Of a DNA stretch of 64,000 nt, positions 51,957 to 62,467 are shown piece by piece. The DNA lies in the NCBI GenBank assembly GCA_963740355.1, contig CAVUDW010000003.1, positions 480,001 through 544,000 on the forward strand. Reading direction: 5' to 3'. Source of the stretch: an uncultured Gemmatimonadaceae bacterium. GTDB taxonomy: Bacteria > Gemmatimonadota > Gemmatimonadetes > Gemmatimonadales > Gemmatimonadaceae. A program made the position numbers and the translations under genes. The notes under the pieces are model-generated. The model worked only from the letters and a program-made list of their open reading frames with translations. It made no database searches and had not been told where the DNA came from. Each line of letters begins with the position of its first letter. Positions within the stretch are counted from its first letter, which is position 1.

Positions 51957-53405
51957 ATGGTCGTTTCGATATCTGTGCGACGGAGCCGTACGGCCGCACC
52001 GTTGATATTGCCGGGCCTGCTCGCGCTGTTCGTGGTCGGGTGTGCCTCGGTTCCGGCGCAGAATGGGCTGGAGAGCGTTCAGCGCGATACTCGGCAACGC
52101 AGCGGCTTGCGGGTCGACTGGATCCATGAAGCGCGCGCCGACTCCGCGCTGACGGCGTGGGCCGCCCGAACCCTGAAGGGTGAAGTCAGCGTCGATTCGG
52201 CCGTGCAGGTTGGCCTGCTGCGCAGCAAGCGCCTGCAAGCCTCCTTCGAGGATCTGGGCCTTGCCCGGTCGGATCTGGTGCAGGCCGGCCTCCTGGCGAA
52301 TCCGGTCGCCACGGCTGGCGCGGCGTTCGCGCGCGGTGGCGGTACGGGCATCACGTCATTCGGCGTCGCGCTGCCGTTCATTGACTTCCTGCAGCGTCCA
52401 CTGCGGCGACGCGTCGCCGAGCAGCAATTCAATGCGGCACGGGCGCGCATGAGCGCAGCGGTGGTCCAGCTTGCCGCAGAGATCCGGACCGCGTACGTCG
52501 ACGCGCAGGCGGCGCAGCAGATGCTGGAACTGTGGCAGGGCGTGAGCGCGACCCTCGACGCGAGCGCCACGGCCGGCGAGGCGCTGCACGCGGCGGGGAA
52601 CTTGTCCGACTTCGACCTGGCGCAGCAACGTGCCCTGGCGGGAGATGCGCGGCTGGACGTGTTCACGGCGGAGGCGGAGGTGCGGACGACACGCGCGGAA
52701 CTCGAGCGCGTGATGGGCGTGAGCGGCGATCAGGCCTGGACTCTGACGCCGCGACTCCTCGCTCCGACGGATTCAAGCCGTGACATTACCAGCCTGATCG
52801 AGACGGCGATGGGCCGGCGACTCGACCTGCGCGCCACCCGAAGCGACGCGAACGCCGCAGCGCAGCGGCTCGGCCTCGCACGGGCCTTCGCCCTGTTGCC
52901 CGACGGCTCACTTGGCGCGACGTACGAGCGCGATCCGGATGGCACGTTCGTGGGCGGCTCGATCTCGGTGCCCGTGCCGCTGTTTGATCATGGGCAGGGC
53001 CGGATCTCACGCAATCGGGCGCTGCTGCGGCAGGCGCTCGCGCAACACGATGCACTTGTGCAGGACATCGTCGGTGAAGTACGTCACCTGACGGCGAGGC
53101 TCGTGTCCGCTCAGGCCCGCGAAGAACACCTCCGTCGCGTCGTACTGCCCCTCCGGCATCAGGCCGTGGTCGAATCGCAGAAGTTCGCCAACGCGATGGA
53201 GCACAGCGTCTTCACGGTGCTGATGGTCAGGCAGGCGGAAATCGATGCCGGCAGCGCCTACATCGCGTCGCTGCGCGACTACTGGAACGCGCGCGCGTCG
53301 CTCGAGCGTGCGGTGGGCGGCTCGCTGGCCCCACTGAGCACCGAGGAACGTGCCGACCTGACCGCGCGGCCCGACAGTACCGGGCGAGCGGCCCCACCAC
53401 GCTGA
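51957..53405 (+). CDS. TolC-family lipoprotein of a copper-oxidase operon
   Basis: Lipobox VVGC; LQA.FE.LG.A.SDLVQAGLL.NP, PLFD.GQ, LRDYW.AR. Confidence 0.88.
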   Translation: MVVSISVRRSRTAAPLILPGLLALFVVGCASVPAQNGLESVQRDTRQRSGLRVDWIHEARADSALTAWAARTLKGEVSVDSAVQVGLLRSKRLQASFEDLGLARSDLVQAGLLANPVATAGAAFARGGGTGITSFGVALPFIDFLQRPLRRRVAEQQFNAARARMSAAVVQLAAEIRTAYVDAQAAQQMLELWQGVSATLDASATAGEALHAAGNLSDFDLAQQRALAGDARLDVFTAEAEVRTTRAELERVMGVSGDQAWTLTPRLLAPTDSSRDITSLIETAMGRRLDLRATRSDANAAAQRLGLARAFALLPDGSLGATYERDPDGTFVGGSISVPVPLFDHGQGRISRNRALLRQALAQHDALVQDIVGEVRHLTARLVSAQAREEHLRRVVLPLRHQAVVESQKFANAMEHSVFTVLMVRQAEIDAGSAYIASLRDYWNARASLERAVGGSLAPLSTEERADLTARPDSTGRAAPPR

Positions 53406-53417
53406 GCCGAGGACTTC

Positions 53418-54776
53418 ATGACCGATTCACCCATCTCCCGACGCGCACTGCTCGGGCAGGGCCTCACTGCGCTGACGGCAGGTGCCGCCGCGGCATCGCT
53501 CGTCCAGGCACAGCACGTTGGCATGGTGATGCCCCCGGCCGCCGCGCCTGCCCCGGCGCCGACTGCGGGACGGGCGCTACGACGGCGCCGCGCGTTCACG
53601 CCAGGGCAGCCACATCGCGACTACGCGCCGGTCATCACGCCGAACGGGGTCACGCTTCCGTTTCGCATCGTCGACAACGTCAAGGTGTTTCACCTGATCG
53701 CCGGCCCGGTCGACCACGAGTTTGCGCCAGGCCTGGCCGCCTCATGCTGGGGCTACAACGGGCGCACCATCGGTCCCACGATTGAGGCGGTGGAGGGCGA
53801 CCGCGTGCGCATCTACGTCACGAATCGCCTGCCCGAGCCGACGAGCGTGCATTGGCACGGCATCATCCTGCCCTCCGGCATGGATGGCGTGTCCGGCGTC
53901 AGCCAAGCACCCATCCCGACTGGCGAAACCTTCCGCTACGAGTTCGATCTCGTCCAGCACGGCACGTTCATGTATCACCCGCATTACGACGAGATGACCC
54001 AGCAGGCACTCGGCATGATGGGAATGTTCGTGATCCACGAACGCGGCGCGCGTCGACGGCCAGACAAGGACTTCGTCCTGCTCAGCAGCGAATGGCGCGT
54101 GAAGCTCGGCACGTCGCGTCCGGACCCGAACGAAATGACCGACTTCAACGTGCTCACGTTCAACAGCAAGGCGTTTCCCGGCACGGCACCGCTCGTCGCG
54201 CAGCTGGGTGACGAGGTGCGGATCCGGCTGGGGAATCTCAGTGCGATGAGTCACCATCCCATCCACGTGCATGGACTGCAGTGGCGCGTGACGGCGATGG
54301 GCGGCGAACCTCTGCCTGTTGCCGCGCAGAGCTCGGAAGTCACCACGCTCGTGCCGGTCGGTACGACACGCACGGTGGAGTTCACCGCTACGAATCCCGG
54401 CGATTGGGCGGTGCATTGCCACATGACGCATCACACGATGACGCAGATGGGGCACAGTGGCGTGAACCTGATCGGCGTCGATGAGACGAAGATCGATGCG
54501 GCCACGGCCTCCGTCCTGCCCCAGTACATGACCATGGGTCAGACTGGCATGGGAGACATGGGCGCGATGGGTATGTCCGTGCCGAAGAACTCAATCCCGA
54601 TGCTTGGCGCACGCGGACCCAAGGGTCACATCGACATGGGCGGCATGTTCACCATGATCAAGGTGCGCGAGCGAGTCACCGGCCAGACCGATCCGGGCTG
54701 GTACGCCGACCCACCTGGTACTGTCGCGCAAGCGGCGACGCCGGACGAATTGCGACGGGATGGCATCGTCGCGTAG
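53418..54776 (+). CDS. Tat-exported multicopper oxidase
   Basis: SRRALL; HWHG, MYHPH, HPIHVHG, HCHMTHH. Confidence 0.93.
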   Translation: MTDSPISRRALLGQGLTALTAGAAAASLVQAQHVGMVMPPAAAPAPAPTAGRALRRRRAFTPGQPHRDYAPVITPNGVTLPFRIVDNVKVFHLIAGPVDHEFAPGLAASCWGYNGRTIGPTIEAVEGDRVRIYVTNRLPEPTSVHWHGIILPSGMDGVSGVSQAPIPTGETFRYEFDLVQHGTFMYHPHYDEMTQQALGMMGMFVIHERGARRRPDKDFVLLSSEWRVKLGTSRPDPNEMTDFNVLTFNSKAFPGTAPLVAQLGDEVRIRLGNLSAMSHHPIHVHGLQWRVTAMGGEPLPVAAQSSEVTTLVPVGTTRTVEFTATNPGDWAVHCHMTHHTMTQMGHSGVNLIGVDETKIDAATASVLPQYMTMGQTGMGDMGAMGMSVPKNSIPMLGARGPKGHIDMGGMFTMIKVRERVTGQTDPGWYADPPGTVAQAATPDELRRDGIVA

Positions 54777-54875
54777 CGCGCACGCGACGAGCGTGCAGCC
54801 CATTTTTAGTGCAAAGCCCAGGCACGGTCGGCGTTCCGTCGTCGCACCATCGCATTTCACTCCAGCCCCTTTCCG

Positions 54876-55262
54876 ATGACACGCTCTTCCCTGCTCACGC
54901 GCGCTGTGCTCCTGTCTGTCGCCATCGCGGCTCCGCTGTTCGCCCTCGCGCACCCGCGACTGCTCGCGTCACTGCCTGCCGCGAACAGCCGCATCAAGGC
55001 CGCGCCTGCCGTGGTGCGCCTCACCTTTCAGGAGCGGCTCGAACCCGCGATGAGCCGCATTTCCGTGGTGCACGCGGGCACGCACACCGTCACGATGGGT
55101 GCCGTCACTTCCGACAGTGCGGACAACAAGACGCTCGTTGCGGCACTCAAGACGCCGATGGGCGACGGTACATACGTGGTGACGTGGCAGGCGGCGGGGG
55201 CGGACGGGCATCCGATGCGCGGCACCCTTACGTTCACAGTCGATGCCGCGGCACCGAAGTAA
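54876..55262 (+). CDS. copC: Copper resistance protein CopC
   Basis: Mature N-terminal HP.L..S.PA; G.Y.V.W....DGH...G. Confidence 0.92.
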   Translation: MTRSSLLTRAVLLSVAIAAPLFALAHPRLLASLPAANSRIKAAPAVVRLTFQERLEPAMSRISVVHAGTHTVTMGAVTSDSADNKTLVAALKTPMGDGTYVVTWQAAGADGHPMRGTLTFTVDAAAPK

Positions 55263-55319
55263 CGTGCGCGTCCGACCCGTGCTGCGGGGGCGCTCAGTGC
55301 GACCTGCGCCGCGCTCGAG

Positions 55320-56260
55320 GTGACCGAACCCTTCGGCGTCGAGGCGCCGGGCTACGTCACGATCCGATTCCTGCAGTACGCCGCGCTGCTCGTCGTGATC
55401 GGCGCTACGGTCTTCGGGACGGCGGTTCTGAGCCGGATCCGGACTGAGCTTCCACAAGAAGTGGTGGATGCTGCGCGCGGAAAGTCCGCACGTATTGGCT
55501 TCGTCGCCGCGCTGGCGCTTGGCGTGACCGTGATGCTGCGATTGGTCGCGCAGTCGTACGCCATGGGCATGGAGAGCGTGACGGCGGATCGTGCGATGCT
55601 GGTCACGATGATCACGGCGACCGAGTGGGGACGCGCGTGGCTCCTCGAAGCGGGGGCGATCATGGTCGCCATGGTCGCATTCATCGGAGCGCGCCGCGGC
55701 CGACGCCTCGATTGGCGAGTTGCCGTCGCCGCATGCTGCGCCCTCGCAGTCGCGATGGCGATGTCCGGCCACGCTGCCGCCATGCCGAACCGGCGTTGGC
55801 TCGCGATTCTCGCGGACGCGCTGCACGTGCTCGGTGCGGCCGGCTGGCTCGGCAGCCTGCTCATCCTGGTGATCGTCGGCCTGCCGACAGCGGGAAGCGG
55901 AGATACAACGGGCCGCAGTCGCCACGTCGCAACGCTCGTGACGGCATTCTCGCCGGTGGCGCTCACTCTGCCGCTCTGACCGCCCTCACAGGCAGCTTCG
56001 CGGCATGGATTCACGTGGCCGCGCTTCCTGCCCTCTGGCAGACGCGGTACGGCCAGGTCCTGCTACTCAAGCTGGCATTGCTTGCCATCACGGCGGGCAT
56101 TGGCCTGTACAACTGGAAGCGGGGCACGCCGTCGCTCAGCGCTACCGCGCAGGGCCCGCAGCACCTCCGGCGAGCTGCCACTGTTGAGCTTGTCGTCGGC
56201 GTCGGCGTGCTGCTGGTGACGGCGATCCTCGTGGCGACCCCGACACCAATGGATCTCTGA
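55320..56260 (+). pseudogene. copD: Copper resistance protein CopD, frameshift near 55965
   Basis: SGHAA, D.LHVL.A.GWLGSL, FS..AL, then next frame TRYG..LL.KL, N, E. Confidence 0.82.
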
Positions 56261-56622
56261 CGTGCCTGCCCCCGGAACGATGGCTCGAACCGCGAGCGCG
56301 TCCCGCGATATCCGCCATGGATGCGGTTCGACAGAGGGTGACACACACCCGTTCTAGCTTTCAAGCTGCGCACAAATCAGGTCGCACATTCCAGCCCGTG
56401 CGCTCCGCCTATTGTCACCCGCACTCCGGCACCGTGGTACTGCCACGCCAATTCGGGGGGGGGCGCTGGCCCGCAGGGACGCGTTCGGGGACACAACGGT
56501 GCCAGCAACGTCGCCACGGGACGTGTCAAACATCCGGCCTCACAGGCGATCTTTCGGCCTCGACCCAGAACCGTTTCTGGCGCCCAACGGCGTCGCGCGC
56601 CAGCCTCACCCGCCCTCCTGCC

Positions 56623-57237
56623 ATGCACCGCACGACACACTGGGACACCGTCTACCAGACCAAACCGTCTGACACCGTGAGCTGGTTCGAGCCGGCCCCC
56701 ACGCGCTCCATGGCCCTTCTCGCAGAGGCGGGATTGACAGCGACGAGCGACGTCGTGGATGTCGGTGGCGGCGATTCCTTGCTGGTGGACTCCCTGCTCG
56801 CGCATGGTGTCGGGCACGTGACGGTCCTCGACATTTCGAGCGCGGCGCTCGCGCGCGCGCAGGCCCGTCTCGCGGAGCAATCGTGCAACGTCACGTGGAT
56901 CCCGGCCGACATCACGACCGTCGAGCTGCCGCTCGCCGCGTACGACTTCTGGCATGACCGCGCCGTCTTCCACTTTCTGACCGATGCCGAAGATCGCGCA
57001 CGCTACGTGACCGCCGCCGCACGCGCCGTGCGGCCTGGTGGTGCGCTGATCATCGCCACCTTTGCGGCGGACGGTCCGCAGCGGTGCAGTGGACTTGAGG
57101 TCGCCCGCTACACCCCCGAAGAACTCGCAGCGACCTTCGCAGACGGCTTCACCCTGGAACGGGGGTTTGTCGACTCGCATCACACGCCGAGCGGCGCGGA
57201 GCAACGATTCGCGTTCGTGATCCTGCGCCGGCGCTGA
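56623..57237 (+). CDS. Class I SAM-dependent methyltransferase
   Basis: HWD.VY.TK..VSW, DVGGGDS, WHDRAVFHFL, GP.RCSGL. Confidence 0.9.
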   Translation: MHRTTHWDTVYQTKPSDTVSWFEPAPTRSMALLAEAGLTATSDVVDVGGGDSLLVDSLLAHGVGHVTVLDISSAALARAQARLAEQSCNVTWIPADITTVELPLAAYDFWHDRAVFHFLTDAEDRARYVTAAARAVRPGGALIIATFAADGPQRCSGLEVARYTPEELAATFADGFTLERGFVDSHHTPSGAEQRFAFVILRRR

Positions 57238-57349
57238 CCGACCTCCATCGCAGGTGGCCGATGTTACACCTGGCCGTTGAGCCGCCGCTTGAAGCGCACT
57301 TCTGTCAACGGCACTGGAGCAGTTGCTCTCTTGAATGCCGGGCGTTGCG

Positions 57350-58231
57350 CTATGTCGCGCGTCCCGCGTACGCGAGTTCATTCCGCGGCGGGAGTGGGCG
57401 GGCCTGGCGGCGGTGCTGCGTCGACGGCAGGAAGCACCACAGCGCGGAGCAGCGTCGCACTTCGCGCTCAATCGTCGGCCAGCTCATCGCCAGTCCGACG
57501 AAGAGCGTCGCGACCATCATGGAACGCCATGTCGCCCGCGAGGGCCGCTTTCCCGTGCGGACGCTCTGCACCGCGACGTAGAGCCAGCCGGCGAGCGTGA
57601 GCGCGACCGCGGCGTACGTCATCCAGCGATACGCGCCAGCAAATAGCGCGACAGCTCCGCCGACACTGGTCAACGCAATCGCCGGGATGGCCAACGGCAC
57701 GACACAGCACACGCCGCACGCCAGCGCGACCGCCGCCGCGCTGCCGGCCGCGGTGCTTGGCAATCGACCCGCCCAGCCCCGCCGGTCGGCTCCCGAAACA
57801 TCAGGGCTATCAGCCCCATGTCGACTCTCGTGCGGCTCAGCGGCGCAGCGCGTGTCGCGCGTCGCCGTGCTGCAGTCACAGTCGACCGCGCAGGACGCAG
57901 CACCGGTCGCATCGACCGGCTCACCCGGCGCACCAACGAGGAACGGCGCGAACAGCGCGTCCATCGCCGCCGGCGGCACGTCTGGCGCGAGAATCGCCAG
58001 TCGCGTCGCGTCGACACGCGCCTCGACCGTGAAGTGCAGGAACGCGCAGCATTCCCGCTCCAGCAACACCAGCGTATCGACGCGCTCGCGCATCGCCGGC
58101 GCGAATGTCAGCGTGAGCGTTCGTCCCGCGCGCTCGACGTCGCGCAGCCCCTCGGCGTTCATCGCCGCGATGGTGAGCGCGCGAATCCTCGCCGCGGTGT
58201 CATCGAGCGTACAGGCTATCGGTGCTGTCAT
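57350..58231 (-). CDS. MerT-like metal transporter fused to an N-terminal Cys domain
   Basis: PIACTL...ERECCAFL.F; CAVDCDC linker; TM ACGVCCVVPL. Confidence 0.65.
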   Translation of the reverse strand: MTAPIACTLDDTAARIRALTIAAMNAEGLRDVERAGRTLTLTFAPAMRERVDTLVLLERECCAFLHFTVEARVDATRLAILAPDVPPAAMDALFAPFLVGAPGEPVDATGAASCAVDCDCSTATRDTRCAAEPHESRHGADSPDVSGADRRGWAGRLPSTAAGSAAAVALACGVCCVVPLAIPAIALTSVGGAVALFAGAYRWMTYAAVALTLAGWLYVAVQSVRTGKRPSRATWRSMMVATLFVGLAMSWPTIEREVRRCSALWCFLPSTQHRRQARPLPPRNELAYAGRAT

Positions 58232-58305
58232 CTGGCGCTCTCCCGTCGGACGCGAGCCACACGGTGGTGCGGGGTGCACCCCATGTATTGCGTCGTACGA
58301 CGGGA

Positions 58306-58336
58306 AGCGTACATCTTCAAGTTACTTGAAGTTCAA
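58306..58336 (-). promoter_or_regulatory. MerR-type promoter/operator
   Basis: -35 TTGAAC, 19-bp spacer, -10 TACGCT; perfect dyad CTTCAAG-TTA-CTTGAAG at 58315-58331. Confidence 0.85.
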
Positions 58337-58386
58337 GCCCCCCACCACGCCCGTCGGCAGCAGCCATCACGGCGGAGAGAGACCAG

Positions 58387-58857
58387 ATGGCATCGTCCGC
58401 GGAGCGCGACGCGCTGCGAATCGGCGAGCTGGCCGAGCGCACCGGCACCAACACGCCCACCATCCGCTACTACGAGGAGGTCGGCCTGCTGCCGCATGCC
58501 GCGCGTCAGGCCGGCGGCCAGCGCCGGTATGGCACGCCGGACGTCGAACGGCTGCAGTTCATCCGGCGCTGTCGCGAGTTCGGCTTCCCGCTCGAACAGG
58601 TGCGCGAGCTCGTGAGCCTCTTCGGTGATTCGCGGCGCAACTGCACCGATGCACGCGACATCGCGCAGGCGCATCTCACGCAGGTGCGCGCGAAGATGAC
58701 GGAGCTGCGCGCGCTCGAACGCGACATCGCGGCGTTCGTGCACCGGTGTGACGCCGAATGTGTCGGCGGGCCGGGGCCTGACTGTGTGCCCCTCGTGCAG
58801 TTGGCCGCGCAGGGCAGGACGCACCGCACGCGACCGACCCGGCGCGTGCACGCATGA
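58387..58857 (+). CDS. MerR-family metal-responsive regulator
   Basis: IGELA.RTG..TIRYYEE.GLL, L.FIRR.R..GF, Cys in NC and C...C......C. Confidence 0.92.
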   Translation: MASSAERDALRIGELAERTGTNTPTIRYYEEVGLLPHAARQAGGQRRYGTPDVERLQFIRRCREFGFPLEQVRELVSLFGDSRRNCTDARDIAQAHLTQVRAKMTELRALERDIAAFVHRCDAECVGGPGPDCVPLVQLAAQGRTHRTRPTRRVHA

Positions 58858-59192
58858 CCCGCACGCTGCTGGTGTACGTCGTCGCAGCACTGGCGGAGAT
58901 CGGCGGCTGCTTTTGCTTCTGGATCTGGCTGCGTCAGGGCCGCAGCGCCTGGAGCGCCGTCGCGGGTGTCTTGTTGCTGACACTCTTCGCATGGGCGCTC
59001 ACGCGCGTGGGCAGCGCGTTCGCCGGCCGCGCGTACGCCGCGTATGGCGGCGTCTACATCATCACGTCGCTCGCGTGGCTGTGGAGCGTGGAGGGCGTGC
59101 GGCCGGATCGTACCGACGTCCTCGGCGCCGTGCTCTGTCTCGTCGGCTCCGGAATGATCCTGCTCGGCCGCGGCGCGTCGAGCGGGCCCTGA
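58854..59192 (+). CDS. ynfA: YnfA/UPF0060 small membrane protein
   Basis: [30 protein letters not shown]. Confidence 0.9.
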   Translation: MTRTLLVYVVAALAEIGGCFCFWIWLRQGRSAWSAVAGVLLLTLFAWALTRVGSAFAGRAYAAYGGVYIITSLAWLWSVEGVRPDRTDVLGAVLCLVGSGMILLGRGASSGP

Positions 59193-59546
59193 TGCGCTGA
59201 CGCGCGCGTCGGTCCGGCGACATCACGGCTCGGTTGTCCGCCGGAGCCGCTTCAAGCCGAAAGAACGCGCGCGCCCTGTGAAACGTACCCAGCACTCCGC
59301 TGCCGTCCTGCCGCCGCTCCGACGCCGGTCAGGCCGCGTGCGAGCCAACGCGTACCAGTCGGGGCCGACGAGCGGCAAGGTGACCGAGCGTGCGGACGGC
59401 ACGGATGAGCCTCGCGATCAGCGCAACGGCGGCGCCGGCGGCGATACTCGTCGTGGTACGTCGTGACCCGTCGCCGTCGCGCGTCGACTGCAGCACGCGA
59501 TCAGGCGGTGACCATCGCCCAGCAGCACCGCCGCAGCGCCGCAGCG

Positions 59547-60188
59547 CTACAGATGCTCGTCGATGCGCGCGTAGGTGCCAGTGGTGATGAGCGTGATCAG
59601 CACATCACTCGTGCCGCGATTGCGCCAGTACCACCCATGGTTTCCGTTGAACCGAGCGGCCAGATCGCCGGAATCAGCGGCTGCAGCCTGCCCCTTCTTG
59701 TAGCTCACGAACCAGTTCTTCGGCGCATTTGTGGAATCACCGTGCATGTCGAAATTCACCACGCCCCCGGTGACGGTCCATCGGTAGCCGGTCTTCGTCC
59801 CGGCCGGCATCACGAGCTTGATCTCGCCACCCTTGTTCGGCGGCAGCGTCACGCGTGTGGTGTCGGTGCGGACGGCCAACGTCCCGGCCGCCGCAGGCAC
59901 GGACGCCGCATCAGCCGGTGATCCGCGACCCGCTTCCGCCGCCGCAATCACCGAATCGGCGGACGCCTCTGCCGCGGCGTTGCTCGCGGCCTCCTCCGCC
60001 AGCGCGAGCTTGACCTCGCCCATCTGCGTCAGGCCGAGCATCCGACCAATGCCTGTTGGGTCCTTGCCGTACTCCGCCGGCAACACGCAGGTGATAAGCA
60101 GCACCGCCGCCACCGCCACGGCGAGGAGGGTCGAGCGGAGCAGCGACGCACTGGACGGCGCCACCGGAGTCGAGGGCGATGCGGTCAT
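59547..60188 (-). CDS. Membrane-anchored protein associated with HupE/UreJ
   Basis: VLPAEYGKDPTGIG..LGL; FDMHG, G.HGWYWRN. Confidence 0.75.
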   Translation of the reverse strand: MTASPSTPVAPSSASLLRSTLLAVAVAAVLLITCVLPAEYGKDPTGIGRMLGLTQMGEVKLALAEEAASNAAAEASADSVIAAAEAGRGSPADAASVPAAAGTLAVRTDTTRVTLPPNKGGEIKLVMPAGTKTGYRWTVTGGVVNFDMHGDSTNAPKNWFVSYKKGQAAAADSGDLAARFNGNHGWYWRNRGTSDVLITLITTGTYARIDEHL

Positions 60189-60889
60189 GTTGTGGGTCGC
60201 ATGATGAAGAAGCCGGCGAGTTGAAAGCCGACAAGGATGAACCCTGCCGTCATGATGGCCACGTTCGCACCGTACGCCAGGGTGCGAAAGCTCTGCGTAC
60301 GCCGCCAGTGGTTCATGAGGATGAGGATCGCACTCAATGCCAGCACCTGGCCGATCTCGACGCCGACGTTGAACGCCACCAGGTTCGGCACCAGGCCGTC
60401 CGACGACATGTGGAAGTCGAGGATCTTCGTGGCAAGACCAAAGCCGTGAAAGAACCCGAAGATCAGCGTCGCCGCCCGCGCATCGGGTGTGATGCCGAAC
60501 CACGCGGGGAACGCACCGAGGTTGTCGAGTGCCTTGTAGACCACCGAGAGCCCGATGATCGCGTCAATCAGGTACGCATTGACGCTCACGTGCATCAGCA
60601 CGCCCAGCAGCAGCGTCGTCGAATGCCCGAGGGCGAACAGCGTCACATACAACGCCACGTCCTTCAGGTGATAGAGGAAGAAAACGACGCCCAGCAGGAA
60701 CAGCAGATGGTCATATCCCGTCACCATGTGCTTTGCGCCAAGGTAGACGAAGGGGATCAGCAGCCGGCCACTGGTCTGCTGGATGAATCCCTTATCCCCC
60801 GCCGCGACGCCGTGCGCCAGCAGCTCGGATGACATGCATCCAAGCGCCAGCACGATGACGCCCAAGCGGGACCGGATGCGCCAGCTCAC
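60185..60889 (-). CDS. HupE/UreJ-family metal transporter
   Basis: HMVTGYDHLLF, GHSTTL, FHGFG, FNVGVEIGQ. Confidence 0.9.
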   Translation of the reverse strand: MSWRIRSRLGVIVLALGCMSSELLAHGVAAGDKGFIQQTSGRLLIPFVYLGAKHMVTGYDHLLFLLGVVFFLYHLKDVALYVTLFALGHSTTLLLGVLMHVSVNAYLIDAIIGLSVVYKALDNLGAFPAWFGITPDARAATLIFGFFHGFGLATKILDFHMSSDGLVPNLVAFNVGVEIGQVLALSAILILMNHWRRTQSFRTLAYGANVAIMTAGFILVGFQLAGFFIMRPTT

Positions 60890-61704
60890 TTCACCGCGAA
60901 CGTCAGCGAACCCCACTTCGATGCATGATTCGCCTCGGCGTCGCCGGTCAGGCGCACCATCGAGATGAACTTCACGTAGTACGGGCCAGTGCGGTCGAGC
61001 GGGATGCGCACCAGCCCAGCCGCGTCGCTGCGGATGTTCCGCTGCGCTACGCGCCCGCCGGACGTGGTCAGCCCGCCGTACTGCACGAACTGGTTCGCCA
61101 CCGGCTTGCCGTCCACCAGCACGCGCACTGACAGCACCGACCCGATCTTCATCTCGTACGGGTTCGTCATCGGCACCAGCTCGGCGGGATATCCAAGGAC
61201 GCTGTTGAAGGCACTGCTGGGCGTGGTCCCGACCTGCACGAGTGCCTTGACGTGCTTCTGGTAGCGCTCCTTCGCGCGCTCATCAAGTCGCTTCTGCGCG
61301 CGACGCGCGGCCAGTTCGTCCGGGATGCCGTCCGAGCGCAGGTAGGCGTTGAACTCCGTGCCCGACATCTCGAGCACGCGCGGCTTCGTCGAGACCCCCA
61401 GCACATATGTTCCCGCCGCACCCGTGCGCAGCGACAGCACGCTCGTGTCACCCGCCACACTCCACTGCGCGACATCGACCTTGGTGCGACCCGACGGTGA
61501 CACCATCGCGATGTCGGCCAAGCGATCCGGCGTGATCGAGTTCGACGACAGCACGAACGTTCCATTGAAAAGCCGTGCCGTGACGGCGGCATTCGGCGCG
61601 ACGAAATAGTCGTCCAGACGCAGGAACATGTCGTGCGCCAGCAGCGGAAGCGCGACGAGCAGGGCACAGCCGAGGAACAGGACATGCCTGAGGCGGGTTC
61701 GCAT
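60886..61704 (-). CDS. DUF4198 periplasmic protein
   Basis: Signal + AHD.FL; F..YL..DG, E.Y..HVK, ELVP..NPY, W.SLTF. Confidence 0.85.
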   Translation of the reverse strand: MRTRLRHVLFLGCALLVALPLLAHDMFLRLDDYFVAPNAAVTARLFNGTFVLSSNSITPDRLADIAMVSPSGRTKVDVAQWSVAGDTSVLSLRTGAAGTYVLGVSTKPRVLEMSGTEFNAYLRSDGIPDELAARRAQKRLDERAKERYQKHVKALVQVGTTPSSAFNSVLGYPAELVPMTNPYEMKIGSVLSVRVLVDGKPVANQFVQYGGLTTSGGRVAQRNIRSDAAGLVRIPLDRTGPYYVKFISMVRLTGDAEANHASKWGSLTFAVK

Positions 61705-61905
61705 GCGGGGCTCGGGAGGAGTGTGCGACGAGTGATGTATCAGGGCGACTGATGATAACGCACGCGCAGCTGACTCTGTTGGCGATTAAGCGACCACTTC
61801 CGACCACCTCACGTCCAGGCTCAAGTCAGTAGTATGAAGGGCAGATACTCTGATCCGAGCCGACTCGCGCGCTCACAGCCCGTGCCCAGCACCTCCGGCC
61901 CCTCG

Positions 61906-62313
61906 ATGCTCCGACGCCTCTCTCGCCAACTGCTCAGCCTGCTCGCGCTGGTATCGGCGTTTGGCGGACCAGTCGTAAGCGTCATGCATGGGATAGCTCA
62001 CGCGGCTGAGTTCGCTCAGTTGGCGCGGCCCGTTCGGACGGCGAACGACGTGACGGCCGAGTCCAAGTCAGGCGAGCACGGCGCTCCCATGCTCGAGGCG
62101 CGCGACCACGATGCCCTGCACGCTGCGCTCAGCAGTGCCAGGCGCGCCATCGCGAGCGGCGTGCCGTCGCTTGCTACGCCGGTAGCTCCCACCACGATTG
62201 ACCGCGTCGACCTGGTGAGCAGTCGCACCATCGAGGCTCGACGGAGCGACTGGCCGCCACCGCGATTCTGGCCGACATCGCCAGACGACGCGCGGGCACC
62301 ACCGCGCGCCTGA
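61906..62313 (+). CDS. His-containing exported leader protein ending RAPPRA
   Basis: Signal-like N-terminus, HGIAH, HDALH, C-terminal ARAPP. Confidence 0.65.
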   Translation: MLRRLSRQLLSLLALVSAFGGPVVSVMHGIAHAAEFAQLARPVRTANDVTAESKSGEHGAPMLEARDHDALHAALSSARRAIASGVPSLATPVAPTTIDRVDLVSSRTIEARRSDWPPPRFWPTSPDDARAPPRA

Positions 62314-62467
62314 CCCTTCGGGCTCCGCGCAGCCTGCGCCGCGGCCCGAAGAGATTCGCCTGACATCCGTTGGCGCAGCCGAGCCCTGCTCGCGCACGCC
62401 TCCCTCACCGGTGACATGGGTGCATTGCTCCTGCGTCCCGTGGTGTTTCATCCATAACATCGCCCGA

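Noticed and set aside
59193..59546. Short ORFs between ynfA and the anchor-protein gene
   Set aside because: No coherent frame or motif.
61705..61905. Possible NiCo riboswitch in the divergent intergenic region
   Set aside because: Could not match the consensus by eye; needs an Infernal search.
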